A DNA stretch of 64,000 bases, taken from Bacteroidales bacterium (lineage in GTDB: Bacteria; Bacteroidota; Bacteroidia; Bacteroidales; UBA3663). The notes beneath the pieces were generated by a model that searched no databases, was not told the DNA's origin, and worked only from the letters and a program-made list of their open reading frames with translations. Shown piece after piece: positions 19,219 through 29,094 of this stretch (positions within the stretch are counted from its first letter, which is position 1; each line of letters opens with the position of its first letter). A program made the translations under genes and the position numbers. Location: positions 26,487 to 90,486 of the forward strand of contig JAFZBE010000041.1 in assembly GCA_017561935.1 (NCBI GenBank), written 5' to 3'.

Positions 19219-22200
19219 TTACTCAATAATCAGTTTCTTGCCACCCTTGATGTAGATGCCAGCGGGTAATGTGCTGATGTCGTCGCCGACATACTTGCCG
19301 TCGATGGTATAAACCTTCTGGCTGAGTGATGGGTCGTCGGCACGAATGACATGGATGCCGTTGGTGTACGGGATGGCATCGGGGATGACCACTTCGGCAT
19401 TGCCCACACGGTCGATGGCGAGAACGTAGAAGCTATAGGTGGCACCATCGCCGCGAGGTACGTTATAGAATACCAGATCGGGGAACTGTCCTGCGCAGGT
19501 GTAGTCGCCACCGTCCTTCGAGACGAAGAGCTGGTAGCTATCGACACCTGAAGCTGCATCGTAGGAGTTGCAGTCGATGGCGATGAGCTCGTTGGCTGTG
19601 TCGTAGTGTGCCTGTGACATGCTGGTGACGGGCGGCGTGAGGTCGAGTGTGTTGATGTACTCGTTGGTCTCGATCGGGGTGTTCTTGTCGAAGATGATCT
19701 CGGCCTTGTTGCGGATGACAGTGCCATCGCGCAGATCGGGCTTCAGGCTGACAGTGAAGGTGACGAAGCCCTCACCCTCGGGAGCATTTACGTTGGGTGG
19801 CAGCTCGATACCTTCGATGTCCCATGACAGGCGGTTGCCTTCGCGAGCCATCTTCCAGTTGTAGCCCACTCCATCGTGGCTTGTGCCGCCGAACTTCACT
19901 GAGTTCACGTCGAAAACTTCCTCGTCGAGAACATCGCTGATACGCACACGATAGGCTGCATCGCCAGCTTCGGCCTTGTTTTCGAACATGATGGTGTAGC
20001 TGATGATCTGATCGCCTGCGATGTAGTGCTGGTCGCCCACGCCCTGTGGACCCAGTATCTCGTTGGGATCCCACGAGGAAACAATACCGTTGATGGGCTG
20101 CTTGCCATCTCTCACTTCGAGGTCGTCCTTGATGTAGCCCAGATCCTTGTAGATCCAGTACCACAGGCGGCGTCGCAGGTTGGGCACGATGTTCTGCATG
20201 ATTTCGATTGCGCTACCTACAGCCTTGATTGCTGTGCCGATGACGGGTATCTTGCCGATGCCCTTGACGCATGCCGTCTTGATGACCGACTTGGCGGTGT
20301 AAGCTGCCACGCCAGGCTTTTCGCCATGATACTGTTCGTAGGTGAGGTTCATGAACTGACGATATTGCCGCTCCTCCTGATCGTTGAGGGCAAGTACCTC
20401 GCCTGCGGTGCGCGAGACGAAGTGGTCGATGCCAAGCTGGTCCTGGACAATGTCCCAGGCGCAATCGACGACGAAGCCTATGACGACGGCCGTGGAGATA
20501 GGTTCGAAGGCACGAATCCTCTCGGCAACATCTTCGCCAGGACGGACGGGAATGAAGTTGATGTCACCCACACCTTCGCTGATAAGGTTGAACGTATAGA
20601 ACTGCCAGGGGTCGAGACCCGGCACGATGAAGACGGCTGTACCCTCACAGTCCTCGCCCTCGACGAGTACGCTGTCGGCGGGAAGATAGGTGGTGCCCAA
20701 GTCGCCTGGCATCTCGAATCCGATGATGCTGATGTCGTTCGATGCAGAGATGACCAATGCTGCCGGCATGGTGCGCACATCGCTCGTATTGCAGATGGTG
20801 ATCGGGTTGTAGCAAGCCACGCCCTTGCGCACGGTGTTGCGTCCACCGGCAATGACGTGCAGGCCAAGATAATTGGCATAGATGGGGCCACGTGCTGCCA
20901 CTTCGGCTTCATCTTCGCCCATTACGATGCTGTAGCCGCCCTGACCGGTATAACGGTTCACCTTTAAGATAAGGTGGGTGGATTCATCGGTGTTATTGTA
21001 GTACGATGTGGTGATACGGCTGCGCTCGACGCGATCGTTCTTGATCCACGAGAGCTTCGGTGAGCCGTTGTCGTTGTAGGTGCCATCCCAACGATACCAA
21101 TCGACTGTGCCCATGTTGAGCGAATGGGTAGTGTCGGGACAGATGGTGATGTCGATGATGTCGCGTGTGTATGTGCCCAGATCGTACCAGTCTTCGGTAT
21201 TGCGGTCGTTATAATAGAGGAATCCCAAGGTGGTATAGATGGTCTTGCCCTTCTTCAGATCCAGACGGCCGTCGAACGTGTTGTTGTCGTATTTCTCATG
21301 CCAGTAGGGGTTCTTGTTGAAGTGATAGGTGAGGGCATATCCACCTTGTCCGTTGTAGCGGTCCTGACGGATGAAGTAGGTGCCTGGAGCAAGGTCGGAA
21401 ATTGTGAAGATGACGGTGGTGTCCTTGTTGTAGCCGTCCATATCCTTTGCCGTGCGCCACGATATATCGGTGCGGTCGTTCTTGAAGGTGTAGAGGTTGA
21501 GGCTACCCAGACGCAGCGTGGTCTCGGTGGTGGTAGTGAATACAGCCTCGCCATCGGCAGGTACTTCGAAACGGTACCAATCGACACCGTCGGTGTTGTT
21601 GTAATAATTGTACCCCAGTCGGCCCGGCTGTGTGACGCCAGAAACAATCTCGGTGGCTTTGCTCCAATCATTATTGTCGAACGAATCGGGGCCATAAGGA
21701 CTAGGCGTGAATTCGACCTTCAGTTTATAGCCACCCTGACCGTTGTAGCGGTCTTGACGGATGTAGTAGGTGCCAGGCGCAACATTGGCAATTGAGAAGA
21801 CGACAGTGGTATCCTTGTTGTAGCCGTCCATATCCTTTGCCGTGCGCCACGAGACGTCGGTCAGGTCATCGCCCTTGTAGGTATGGAGGTTGAGGCTGCC
21901 CAAACGCAACGTAGTCTCGGTAGTGGTGGAGAATGTCAGGGTTCCCTCATCGGGGATTACGACCTTGAACCAGTCTGCACCATCAAGATCATTGTAATAG
22001 GTATATCCCAAACGGCCTTGCTGGGTTGTGCCAAGCTTGATTTCGGGAGCCTCCTTCCAATCGTTGTTGGGCTCTGGGTCCTTCTGATGACTGTTGGCAT
22101 TGAAGGTGTATTTCAATGTGTAAGTGCCGTAGCCATTGTAGCGATCGAGGCGCAGGAAATATGTGCCGGCAGCGCAATTGACGATAGTGAATGTGACAGT

Positions 22201-23268
22201 GGTGTCCTTGCCGTATCCGTCCATGTCCTTGGCGGTGCGCCATGAAATGTCGGTCTGGTCGTTCTTGTAGGTATGGAGGTTAAGGCTGCCCAGGCGCAGG
22301 GTGGTTTCGGACGAAGTGGTGAAAATCACCGTTCCTTCGTCGGGCACTACGATCTTGTACCAATCGACAACATCGGTCGAGTTCTGGTAGTCATAGCCCA
22401 GCTGTCCGCTTACCGAGGGTCCGGCATTCAGTTCGATGGCCTCCTGCCATGTGCCATTGGGCTCGGGATCGGCGGTGAGGCTATGCGAGGTGAAGTAATA
22501 GGTCAGCTGGTAGCCGCCCACGCCGTTGTAACGATCCTGACGGAGGAAGTATGTGCCCGCCGACACATTGGGGATCTCGAAGACGATTGTGGTATCCTTG
22601 CCGTATCCGTCCATGTCCTTGGCGGTGCGCCACGAGACGTCGGAGCCGTCGGCCTTGAGTGTGAAGAGGTTAATGCTGCCCAGACGCAAGGCTGGGTCAC
22701 TCTTGGTCTCGATGGTCAGTTTGCCATCTTCGGGCACTTCGAGCTTGAACCAATCGACATTGTCGCGGTCGTTGTAAAAGAGGTAGCCCATACGTCCCGG
22801 CATGGTCACGCCGTCGGTCAACGAGGCGGCTTGTTTCCATGTGTTGTTGGGCTCAGGATCGCTCAAGCGAGAAGGCTGGTTCAGTACGCAGATGATTTGG
22901 AACGTGCCACTTGTGGCATTGTTGGTGGGACTGCCTTTCACCCTCACCTTATAGGTGCCGATACCCATGTCGGTGCAGATGAGGATGTAACCGTTATCAA
23001 CCCACGATGAACCGGTGCGCCAATGGGTTTCACCATCGACCTCGGCATAGAGGTCGAGACCGTCAAGGCGCACGTTGCTGACAGGAGTGACTGTGATGGT
23101 AGCATCGCCCTCAGTCTGCAGGGTAAGGGTGTACCATACTTCCCGCTGTGTTTCTGTGAAACGGGCAGTCTTCACATCCCCGTTCTCCAGCGTCTGTGCG
23201 TTGGATCTGCCAGGCAATGTGAGCGTCAATAGCGCCAGCAATAAAAGGTAGATGTTTCTGGTTTTCAT
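19219..23268 (-). CDS. Large T9SS-secreted protein with about five PPC-like repeats
   Basis: Signal peptide; repeated DPEPNN.W..A...G.LGY...DW(F/Y); SWDPNE...YTIMFEN domain; CTD-like end YTIDGK...GIYIKGGKKLII. Confidence 0.85.
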   Translation of the reverse strand: MKTRNIYLLLLALLTLTLPGRSNAQTLENGDVKTARFTETQREVWYTLTLQTEGDATITVTPVSNVRLDGLDLYAEVDGETHWRTGSSWVDNGYILICTDMGIGTYKVRVKGSPTNNATSGTFQIICVLNQPSRLSDPEPNNTWKQAASLTDGVTMPGRMGYLFYNDRDNVDWFKLEVPEDGKLTIETKSDPALRLGSINLFTLKADGSDVSWRTAKDMDGYGKDTTIVFEIPNVSAGTYFLRQDRYNGVGGYQLTYYFTSHSLTADPEPNGTWQEAIELNAGPSVSGQLGYDYQNSTDVVDWYKIVVPDEGTVIFTTSSETTLRLGSLNLHTYKNDQTDISWRTAKDMDGYGKDTTVTFTIVNCAAGTYFLRLDRYNGYGTYTLKYTFNANSHQKDPEPNNDWKEAPEIKLGTTQQGRLGYTYYNDLDGADWFKVVIPDEGTLTFSTTTETTLRLGSLNLHTYKGDDLTDVSWRTAKDMDGYNKDTTVVFSIANVAPGTYYIRQDRYNGQGGYKLKVEFTPSPYGPDSFDNNDWSKATEIVSGVTQPGRLGYNYYNNTDGVDWYRFEVPADGEAVFTTTTETTLRLGSLNLYTFKNDRTDISWRTAKDMDGYNKDTTVIFTISDLAPGTYFIRQDRYNGQGGYALTYHFNKNPYWHEKYDNNTFDGRLDLKKGKTIYTTLGFLYYNDRNTEDWYDLGTYTRDIIDITICPDTTHSLNMGTVDWYRWDGTYNDNGSPKLSWIKNDRVERSRITTSYYNNTDESTHLILKVNRYTGQGGYSIVMGEDEAEVAARGPIYANYLGLHVIAGGRNTVRKGVACYNPITICNTSDVRTMPAALVISASNDISIIGFEMPGDLGTTYLPADSVLVEGEDCEGTAVFIVPGLDPWQFYTFNLISEGVGDINFIPVRPGEDVAERIRAFEPISTAVVIGFVVDCAWDIVQDQLGIDHFVSRTAGEVLALNDQEERQYRQFMNLTYEQYHGEKPGVAAYTAKSVIKTACVKGIGKIPVIGTAIKAVGSAIEIMQNIVPNLRRRLWYWIYKDLGYIKDDLEVRDGKQPINGIVSSWDPNEILGPQGVGDQHYIAGDQIISYTIMFENKAEAGDAAYRVRISDVLDEEVFDVNSVKFGGTSHDGVGYNWKMAREGNRLSWDIEGIELPPNVNAPEGEGFVTFTVSLKPDLRDGTVIRNKAEIIFDKNTPIETNEYINTLDLTPPVTSMSQAHYDTANELIAIDCNSYDAASGVDSYQLFVSKDGGDYTCAGQFPDLVFYNVPRGDGATYSFYVLAIDRVGNAEVVIPDAIPYTNGIHVIRADDPSLSQKVYTIDGKYVGDDISTLPAGIYIKGGKKLIIE

Positions 23269-23445
23269 AATTGTGTTTTTTTTGGTGAAAAGGAATCAAA
23301 GATAAAGATGCCGCAAATATAATGAATTTTTTGGAAAAAGGGCGGACTACAAATGAAAAAAGACTAACAAATTTTGTTTTGTTAGTCTTTTTAGGAATAA
23401 ACTGCTTTAAAAAGGACGTTTTGACACGTACACTGAGCAGTTCCG

Positions 23446-25062
23446 TTATGCCTTCACATTGGGCAGTTCGAGGCCGAGGCCCTTCTTGCGATCGACAGCC
23501 TTGAGGATGAGGCCGATGACAAGGGCGGCAACACCGAGGCAGGCGAGCATGATGAGCGGCCATGTATAGTCGTACTTGGTGGGGTCGGTCACTCCCTCGT
23601 TGGTCATATCAAGAATCTTGCCGATGAGGAGGGGGAAGAGCCACAGGCCGATGTTCTGAATCCAGAAGATAAGCGCGTAGGCCGAACCGATGATCTTGGG
23701 CTCAACAAGCTTGGGTACCGAAGGCCAGAGGGAGGCAGGAACCAGCGAGAACGATGAGCCGAGGACGAGGATGGTGAGATAGGCTACGATAACGCCGCCT
23801 ACCTGATTACCTTTGAACTGTGGAAGGATGAAGGCGAAGGTGAGGTGGCAGGCGATGAGGAGCAGCGAGCCGAGGACGAGCATCGAGGCTGCCTTGCCCT
23901 TGTAATCGACATATTTGCCGAGGATGGGGGTGATACCCACGGCAAGAAGCGGGAACACGGCAAAGATGGACTCGGCCGACTGGCGCATATAGCCCATGTA
24001 GCAATAGGTGATGAGGGCAACGATGGAGATGCAGAGGACTCCGTACTTCGTGTTCTTATTCTTCAGGAAGTTGAACATGAAGGCTGTGACAGCAACGACA
24101 AGCATGATGATGTACTGCACGATGGTGACGGAGGTGGAGGCCCAGAACGAGTCGGCAGGCACCTCGGTGAAGGTCAGATTGCACTGCAGCATGTTGACCG
24201 CATACTTCTGGAACGGGAAGATGGCGGAGTAGTAGAGCACACAGAGCAGGGAGACGAGCCAGAAGCCCATACTGCTGAGGATCTTGCCGATGTCGCTCAC
24301 CTTGAATGGATCATCCTTCTCTTCGGCTTCACCAGTCTGTGCGTCGAGTTTCTTGTCCATGAAGAAATAGACGACGAACATGATGAGGGCGATGCAGAGG
24401 AGCACTACGCCAAATGCTACCGAACGTGACACGTCGATGTGTCCGCCCAGTTTGGCAAAGAAAGGTGAGAAGATCATGCAGGTGGCAACGCCCAGACGGG
24501 CGAGAGCCATCTCGGAACCCATGGCGAGGGCCATCTCACGACCCTTGAACCACTTGACGATACCACGCGACACGGTGATGCCGCCCATCTCGGCACCGCA
24601 GCCGAAGAGCATGAAGCCGCAGGCAGCAACTTTGGCCGATGCCGGCATACCCTCGTAGAAAGGTGACACACCCAACTGCTCGAAGATGGGGATGTGGTTG
24701 AGATGGTTGGTGAACCACGTCTCAATGCCGCTGCCCATGAAGCTTTGGCTGACGGCGTAGTATTTGATGAGGGCTCCCGTCAGCATGACAGCACCCGAGA
24801 GGACAGCAGTGAATCGTACGCCCATCTTGTCGAGGATGATGCCTGCAAAGATGAGGAAGAAGACAAAGACGTTGAGGAAGGTTTCGGAACCTTGCATGGT
24901 GCCGAATGCTGTCGAGTCCCAACCACGCTCGGAGAGCATGAGGTCCTTGATGGGCGAAAGGATGTCCATGAAGATGTAGGCACAGAACATGGCCAGTGCC
25001 AGCAGGAGCAATGCCGTCCAACGTAGGGCGGCAGAGTCGCGAAGTGTCTTGAATTGAGTCAT
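23446..25062 (-). CDS. MFS transporter
   Basis: Many TM helices; GIILDKMGVR motif A. Confidence 0.9.
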   Translation of the reverse strand: MTQFKTLRDSAALRWTALLLLALAMFCAYIFMDILSPIKDLMLSERGWDSTAFGTMQGSETFLNVFVFFLIFAGIILDKMGVRFTAVLSGAVMLTGALIKYYAVSQSFMGSGIETWFTNHLNHIPIFEQLGVSPFYEGMPASAKVAACGFMLFGCGAEMGGITVSRGIVKWFKGREMALAMGSEMALARLGVATCMIFSPFFAKLGGHIDVSRSVAFGVVLLCIALIMFVVYFFMDKKLDAQTGEAEEKDDPFKVSDIGKILSSMGFWLVSLLCVLYYSAIFPFQKYAVNMLQCNLTFTEVPADSFWASTSVTIVQYIIMLVVAVTAFMFNFLKNKNTKYGVLCISIVALITYCYMGYMRQSAESIFAVFPLLAVGITPILGKYVDYKGKAASMLVLGSLLLIACHLTFAFILPQFKGNQVGGVIVAYLTILVLGSSFSLVPASLWPSVPKLVEPKIIGSAYALIFWIQNIGLWLFPLLIGKILDMTNEGVTDPTKYDYTWPLIMLACLGVAALVIGLILKAVDRKKGLGLELPNVKA

Positions 25063-25105
25063 AGTTTATTTATGGGAATGATGTGGCTAATGAGAATAAT
25101 GGGGC

Positions 25106-26455
25106 TCACCTTCTTCGACGTGCGGAATGTGCCTTGCCTGTCGATTCGATGCGGCTGTCGATGGCATCCTCCTTGGCATCCTTGGCTTCCTCGACGGCCG
25201 CCATATCGACCTCGGCCTTGGTTCGACGATTCTTCTTGCCGTCGCCAGTCGAGGCGGTTGCTGGTTCACCACGCTTAGCGCGACGTTCGGCTCGGCGGGC
25301 AGCTCGGATGCTGTCCTGGGCAGCGAGGTCGGCTTCGTCTTCTTCATCGACCCAGATGCTGCCACCGAATCCACGAAGCTCTGCTTCAATCTTGGCACGC
25401 ATCATCTTGAGGGTGTCGGCATCGGGATATTGCTGCATCAACGATAGTCCGCGAGTGTTCTGCACCTTGTAGATGTCGCCCTTGTACTGTTCGAGGGTGA
25501 AGAACTCCTCCATGGTGAATCGCGGAGTGTTGTTCATGCCGTCGCTCATAATAAGATGGTCGCGAAGCAGTGGACGAAGGTCCTCGTAGTTAAGCCAGAA
25601 CATGGGATACTTGACCACTTGTCCTACGCCGTAATCACCGATACGGTGCATTACAGGGCAGATGGCGAGAATGCGAGGGCCATATTTCGAGGTCTTCTGA
25701 TTGAATTCCCAGCGTTCCTTGATGAAGTAGCTCAACACTTCGTTACAGGGCACATCCATCTCCTCAACGATGTATGTGGGTTTGCCGTTTTGTCCCACAG
25801 CCGGTTTCTCCTGATAAAGGATCTGGAACTTGTCAAGAATGTCCTTGGTCTTCACCTCGAATTTCTCGTTGAAGATTTCACGTCCATCCAGGTATTCATA
25901 GGCCTTCAGTCGATTGGTGCAGATGCCGTCGAGGATGACGCGGAAAAGGTTGGTCAGCCCGTCCATCGGCTCCTCGGGATAATAGAGAGAGGCGTTGATG
26001 GGGTTCTCCATGTCCAATTCGCGATAAACTACATGTTGCCAGGGCATGAAGCCATCCTCTTTGCGCTGATAATCGGCAAAGGATTGTTGACGCTGGCTGT
26101 TGCCATCGACGATGGGAGCTGCTTCCTTCTTCTGCACTTTGCGGGTGGGAGTTACTCGTGCAGCGGGAGTGGCAACCTCCTGTACGGTGCCTTCAGTAGG
26201 ACGTGCCGGCTTGGATACCTGACCATTGTTCGTTGCTGTAGGAGTGGTGGGCATTGTTGTCCCCTTCACTTCGGTGGGTTTGGCTGTCGCGTCCTTGTCA
26301 CGTTTCTTTTCGGTAGCCTTGTCCTTTTTCTTAGTTGTTGAAGTGGATGAACTACGCGAACTGCTGGAGCGACGCACACTGACCTGTGCCGTGGCCTCTG
26401 GTATGACGATGCCCAGCATGAGTGTGAGCATGATCAGTCGGATGATATGTTTCAT
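25106..26455 (-). CDS. porN: T9SS protein PorN/GldN
   Basis: W...VYRELD...N..LYYP, KERWEF and KYPMFW motifs; operon position. Confidence 0.9.
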   Translation of the reverse strand: MKHIIRLIMLTLMLGIVIPEATAQVSVRRSSSSRSSSTSTTKKKDKATEKKRDKDATAKPTEVKGTTMPTTPTATNNGQVSKPARPTEGTVQEVATPAARVTPTRKVQKKEAAPIVDGNSQRQQSFADYQRKEDGFMPWQHVVYRELDMENPINASLYYPEEPMDGLTNLFRVILDGICTNRLKAYEYLDGREIFNEKFEVKTKDILDKFQILYQEKPAVGQNGKPTYIVEEMDVPCNEVLSYFIKERWEFNQKTSKYGPRILAICPVMHRIGDYGVGQVVKYPMFWLNYEDLRPLLRDHLIMSDGMNNTPRFTMEEFFTLEQYKGDIYKVQNTRGLSLMQQYPDADTLKMMRAKIEAELRGFGGSIWVDEEDEADLAAQDSIRAARRAERRAKRGEPATASTGDGKKNRRTKAEVDMAAVEEAKDAKEDAIDSRIESTGKAHSARRRR

Positions 26456-26461
26456 TTTCTT

Positions 26462-28015
26462 TTAGTTTACGATAACTTCGATGGGTGAAAGCGTGCGTTC
26501 GATACCGTCGGGACCGACAGCCTTGACGCGGGTGATAAAGAACTTCTTGCCACGTTGCAAGCGACTGATGGCCGTGCGCTGACGATCGGAGTAAGCTGAG
26601 GTCTGGCTATCCTCGGGAATGTCGTTACCCATTGAGTCGAAGATGTCGATACGGAACGACTTGACGGTGAACTCGACGTTGAGCAATCCGTCGTCGATCG
26701 CTGCACGGATGCCACCGGCATTGAGTAGCGCCTGCTTTGAGATGGGCGATCCGCCTTTGTATCGCACTGAATTGCCTGCTGCATCCTTACATAACAGATA
26801 AGGTGTTGGGTCGGGCAGACGACGTACGCGGAACGATGTCTGGCTTACCGTCATGGTGCGACCATTCTGATTGGCTGTCACGGTGATGACGGCATCCTGA
26901 TCGACGGTCTTTGGTTTGGCCACCCATCCGGAAGCGGTGCGGGTGAGTGTACCATTGGTCATCGACGCACTGACCTGTCCGGCAGCTACGCCAGGGACAG
27001 AGATCGACAGCGGGTTGTCGATGCCGGCATACATCACGTTCATCATCGTGTTCGAAACCGTGGCCACAGGTTCGCTGACGAAATAGGTTGACTCGAAAGG
27101 CAGTTTCTCGGTCGTTCCATCAGGTTTATCGACTTCGAGGTAGCCCTGCAACGTTTGTATGCCTTCGCGTCCGGCTGTGACACTGTAGTAGCCCTGCTTG
27201 GCAGGATTGTAAAGCTTGTCACCGATGTAGATGTTGGGAGTCTGGGTTGTATCGACGGCTGCCATGACAATCTGTGCCTCATAAACCGAACCACGCATCA
27301 CATTGCGAGAAGTGGGGATCACGAAGGCACTGACTTGGTTGACACGTACATCACCACGATCGACGCTTTGCATAAGGCTTTCGACAGCCTGTCCTTCGGC
27401 ATTGCGCACATCGCCTTGTATCTTGGCGAGGATGGTGACGGCTGCTGCGACGGGGATATTCTCGAACATCTGGTCTTCCCAACTGGCAAAGGTCGCGCCC
27501 GTCTTGGCTGTGTTGAGGTAGTTGGCTACCACACGAGCATCAGCTTCAGGAAGGAAGGCCACAAGTTGCTCCTTGTAGGCTTCGAGTCGCTTGCGAAGTA
27601 TCGCACCCTCACCTTTGATGGGGGAAAGCATGACTTGGTTGACTGCTTCCAGGTTCTCGCGGTTCTCGATATTGTTGGGGTCGCCATCCTTGCCATCGGC
27701 ATAGCGGACAATCTCGAGCTTTAGTGAGTCGATGAAAGTGACAAGCTGTTCGGCACTTGTGCGAACCTCCTGAGCATGGTTGTACCAGCGGGACACCTTC
27801 TCAGGGTTCTTCTCACGGGCGAGGTCGAACTCTTGGTATAGTTTTTGGTTGCGAGACTGCGCTCCGGCATTACTGGCATCCAACGCATCCTCGACGTGCT
27901 TGAAGCCTTCGAGGACATCGCCTGATACGTTCATGGCCACCATGGCCAGAAAGACGATGTACATCAGGTTGATCATCTTCTGACGGGGCGACAGTTTGCT
28001 GTTATTGGCACTCAT
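26462..28015 (-). CDS. porM: T9SS motor protein PorM/GldM
   Basis: SPRQKMINLMYIVFLAM and MNVMYAGIDNP motifs. Confidence 0.95.
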   Translation of the reverse strand: MSANNSKLSPRQKMINLMYIVFLAMVAMNVSGDVLEGFKHVEDALDASNAGAQSRNQKLYQEFDLAREKNPEKVSRWYNHAQEVRTSAEQLVTFIDSLKLEIVRYADGKDGDPNNIENRENLEAVNQVMLSPIKGEGAILRKRLEAYKEQLVAFLPEADARVVANYLNTAKTGATFASWEDQMFENIPVAAAVTILAKIQGDVRNAEGQAVESLMQSVDRGDVRVNQVSAFVIPTSRNVMRGSVYEAQIVMAAVDTTQTPNIYIGDKLYNPAKQGYYSVTAGREGIQTLQGYLEVDKPDGTTEKLPFESTYFVSEPVATVSNTMMNVMYAGIDNPLSISVPGVAAGQVSASMTNGTLTRTASGWVAKPKTVDQDAVITVTANQNGRTMTVSQTSFRVRRLPDPTPYLLCKDAAGNSVRYKGGSPISKQALLNAGGIRAAIDDGLLNVEFTVKSFRIDIFDSMGNDIPEDSQTSAYSDRQRTAISRLQRGKKFFITRVKAVGPDGIERTLSPIEVIVN

Positions 28016-28019
28016 TTAT

Positions 28020-28101
28020 GAGGGGGTTAAGAGGGGTTAAGAGGGGTTAAGAGGGGTTAAGAGGGGGTTAAGAGGGGTTAAGAGGGGTTAAGAGGGGTTA
28101 A
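28020..28101. repeat. (GAGGGGTTAA)x8 tandem repeat filling the porL-porM spacer
   Basis: Read directly; units 1 and 5 carry an extra G, giving a 41-bp higher-order duplication. Confidence 0.95.
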
Positions 28102-29072
28102 CGCTGCTGATTGAATCCTGGCTGAGGGGGCTGCTGACCATAGAGCGGTTGCTGTGGCTGATATGGCATTGTGGGCTGCTGCATGGGTTGCTGAGCTTGT
28201 GCTTGCAGACCGTAGCCTACGGTCATAGCCTGCAACATGCGGGCATAGACCTCGTTGAGTTGCTGCAGGTTGCGTGTCATCTGATCGGTCTCCTGACGGA
28301 TGCGGAACGAATCGTTCTGACCGTTTTCGTAAAGCGCGCGGATGTTGTTGAGACCCTGGTTGACCATCTCGATGGTTCCGAGCTGCGAGCTGACGCTCTT
28401 GAGCTGTATCTCGTAGATGGTGTTGAGCCCTTGGATGTTGCGATTGAGTGTAGCCATCTGCTCGGCATAATTTGTCGTGGTATCGAGGGCAGCCATCGTC
28501 TCCTGCAGTTTGCTGAGGGCCACACTGATTTCGTTGAGTTGCTTCACATACTTCTCGGTGGCTTCGGTGACCTGATCGGCTTGTTCGGGCGTCACACCGA
28601 CATTGCCTGAGGCAACGAGGGGAGCTGATGTGCCTCCTGTTGCTGGCGAACCACCACCTACGACGATGGTTCCACCTGCAGGCATGCCACCACCGATGAT
28701 GGTGACGTTGCCGCCAGTTCCACTGCCGGTGTTTGTTTCGCTGCTACGACGACGAGACTCGTTAGTTCCATCTTTCATGCGGTCGAGGCGTTCGCGAGCA
28801 GCCTCCTCCTTGTTTGGGATGTCGAGTTCTGGATAAACCTTCTCCCACTTATAATCACGTGCAGGAGTGTCGAATGCAGAAAGGAAGAAGATGACGGCCT
28901 CGGTACCCATGCCGATGATGAGCATGAGGTCGGCACCGGGAACGTGGGTCAACTTGAAGAGTGCGCCAAGGATGACGATAGAGGCACCGATGGAGTAGAG
29001 ATAGTTGAATCGTTTCTGTCCCTTCTCACCCTTGAAGACCTGGAGAATATGAAGAATATTACGGAAGTTCAT
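28098..29072 (-). CDS. porL: T9SS motor protein PorL/GldL
   Basis: YSIGASIVILGALFKLTH...GMGTEA and LN.VY..ML.AM motifs. Confidence 0.95.
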   Translation of the reverse strand: MNFRNILHILQVFKGEKGQKRFNYLYSIGASIVILGALFKLTHVPGADLMLIIGMGTEAVIFFLSAFDTPARDYKWEKVYPELDIPNKEEAARERLDRMKDGTNESRRRSSETNTGSGTGGNVTIIGGGMPAGGTIVVGGGSPATGGTSAPLVASGNVGVTPEQADQVTEATEKYVKQLNEISVALSKLQETMAALDTTTNYAEQMATLNRNIQGLNTIYEIQLKSVSSQLGTIEMVNQGLNNIRALYENGQNDSFRIRQETDQMTRNLQQLNEVYARMLQAMTVGYGLQAQAQQPMQQPTMPYQPQQPLYGQQPPQPGFNQQR

Positions 29073-29094
29073 ATTGGTTGGTTTTTATTTGGTT

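Noticed and set aside
21300-22900. Near-identical DNA repeats as a possible diversity-generating retroelement template/variable pair
   Set aside because: They are in-frame tandem protein domains, I saw no adenine-specific mismatch pattern, and there is no reverse transcriptase.
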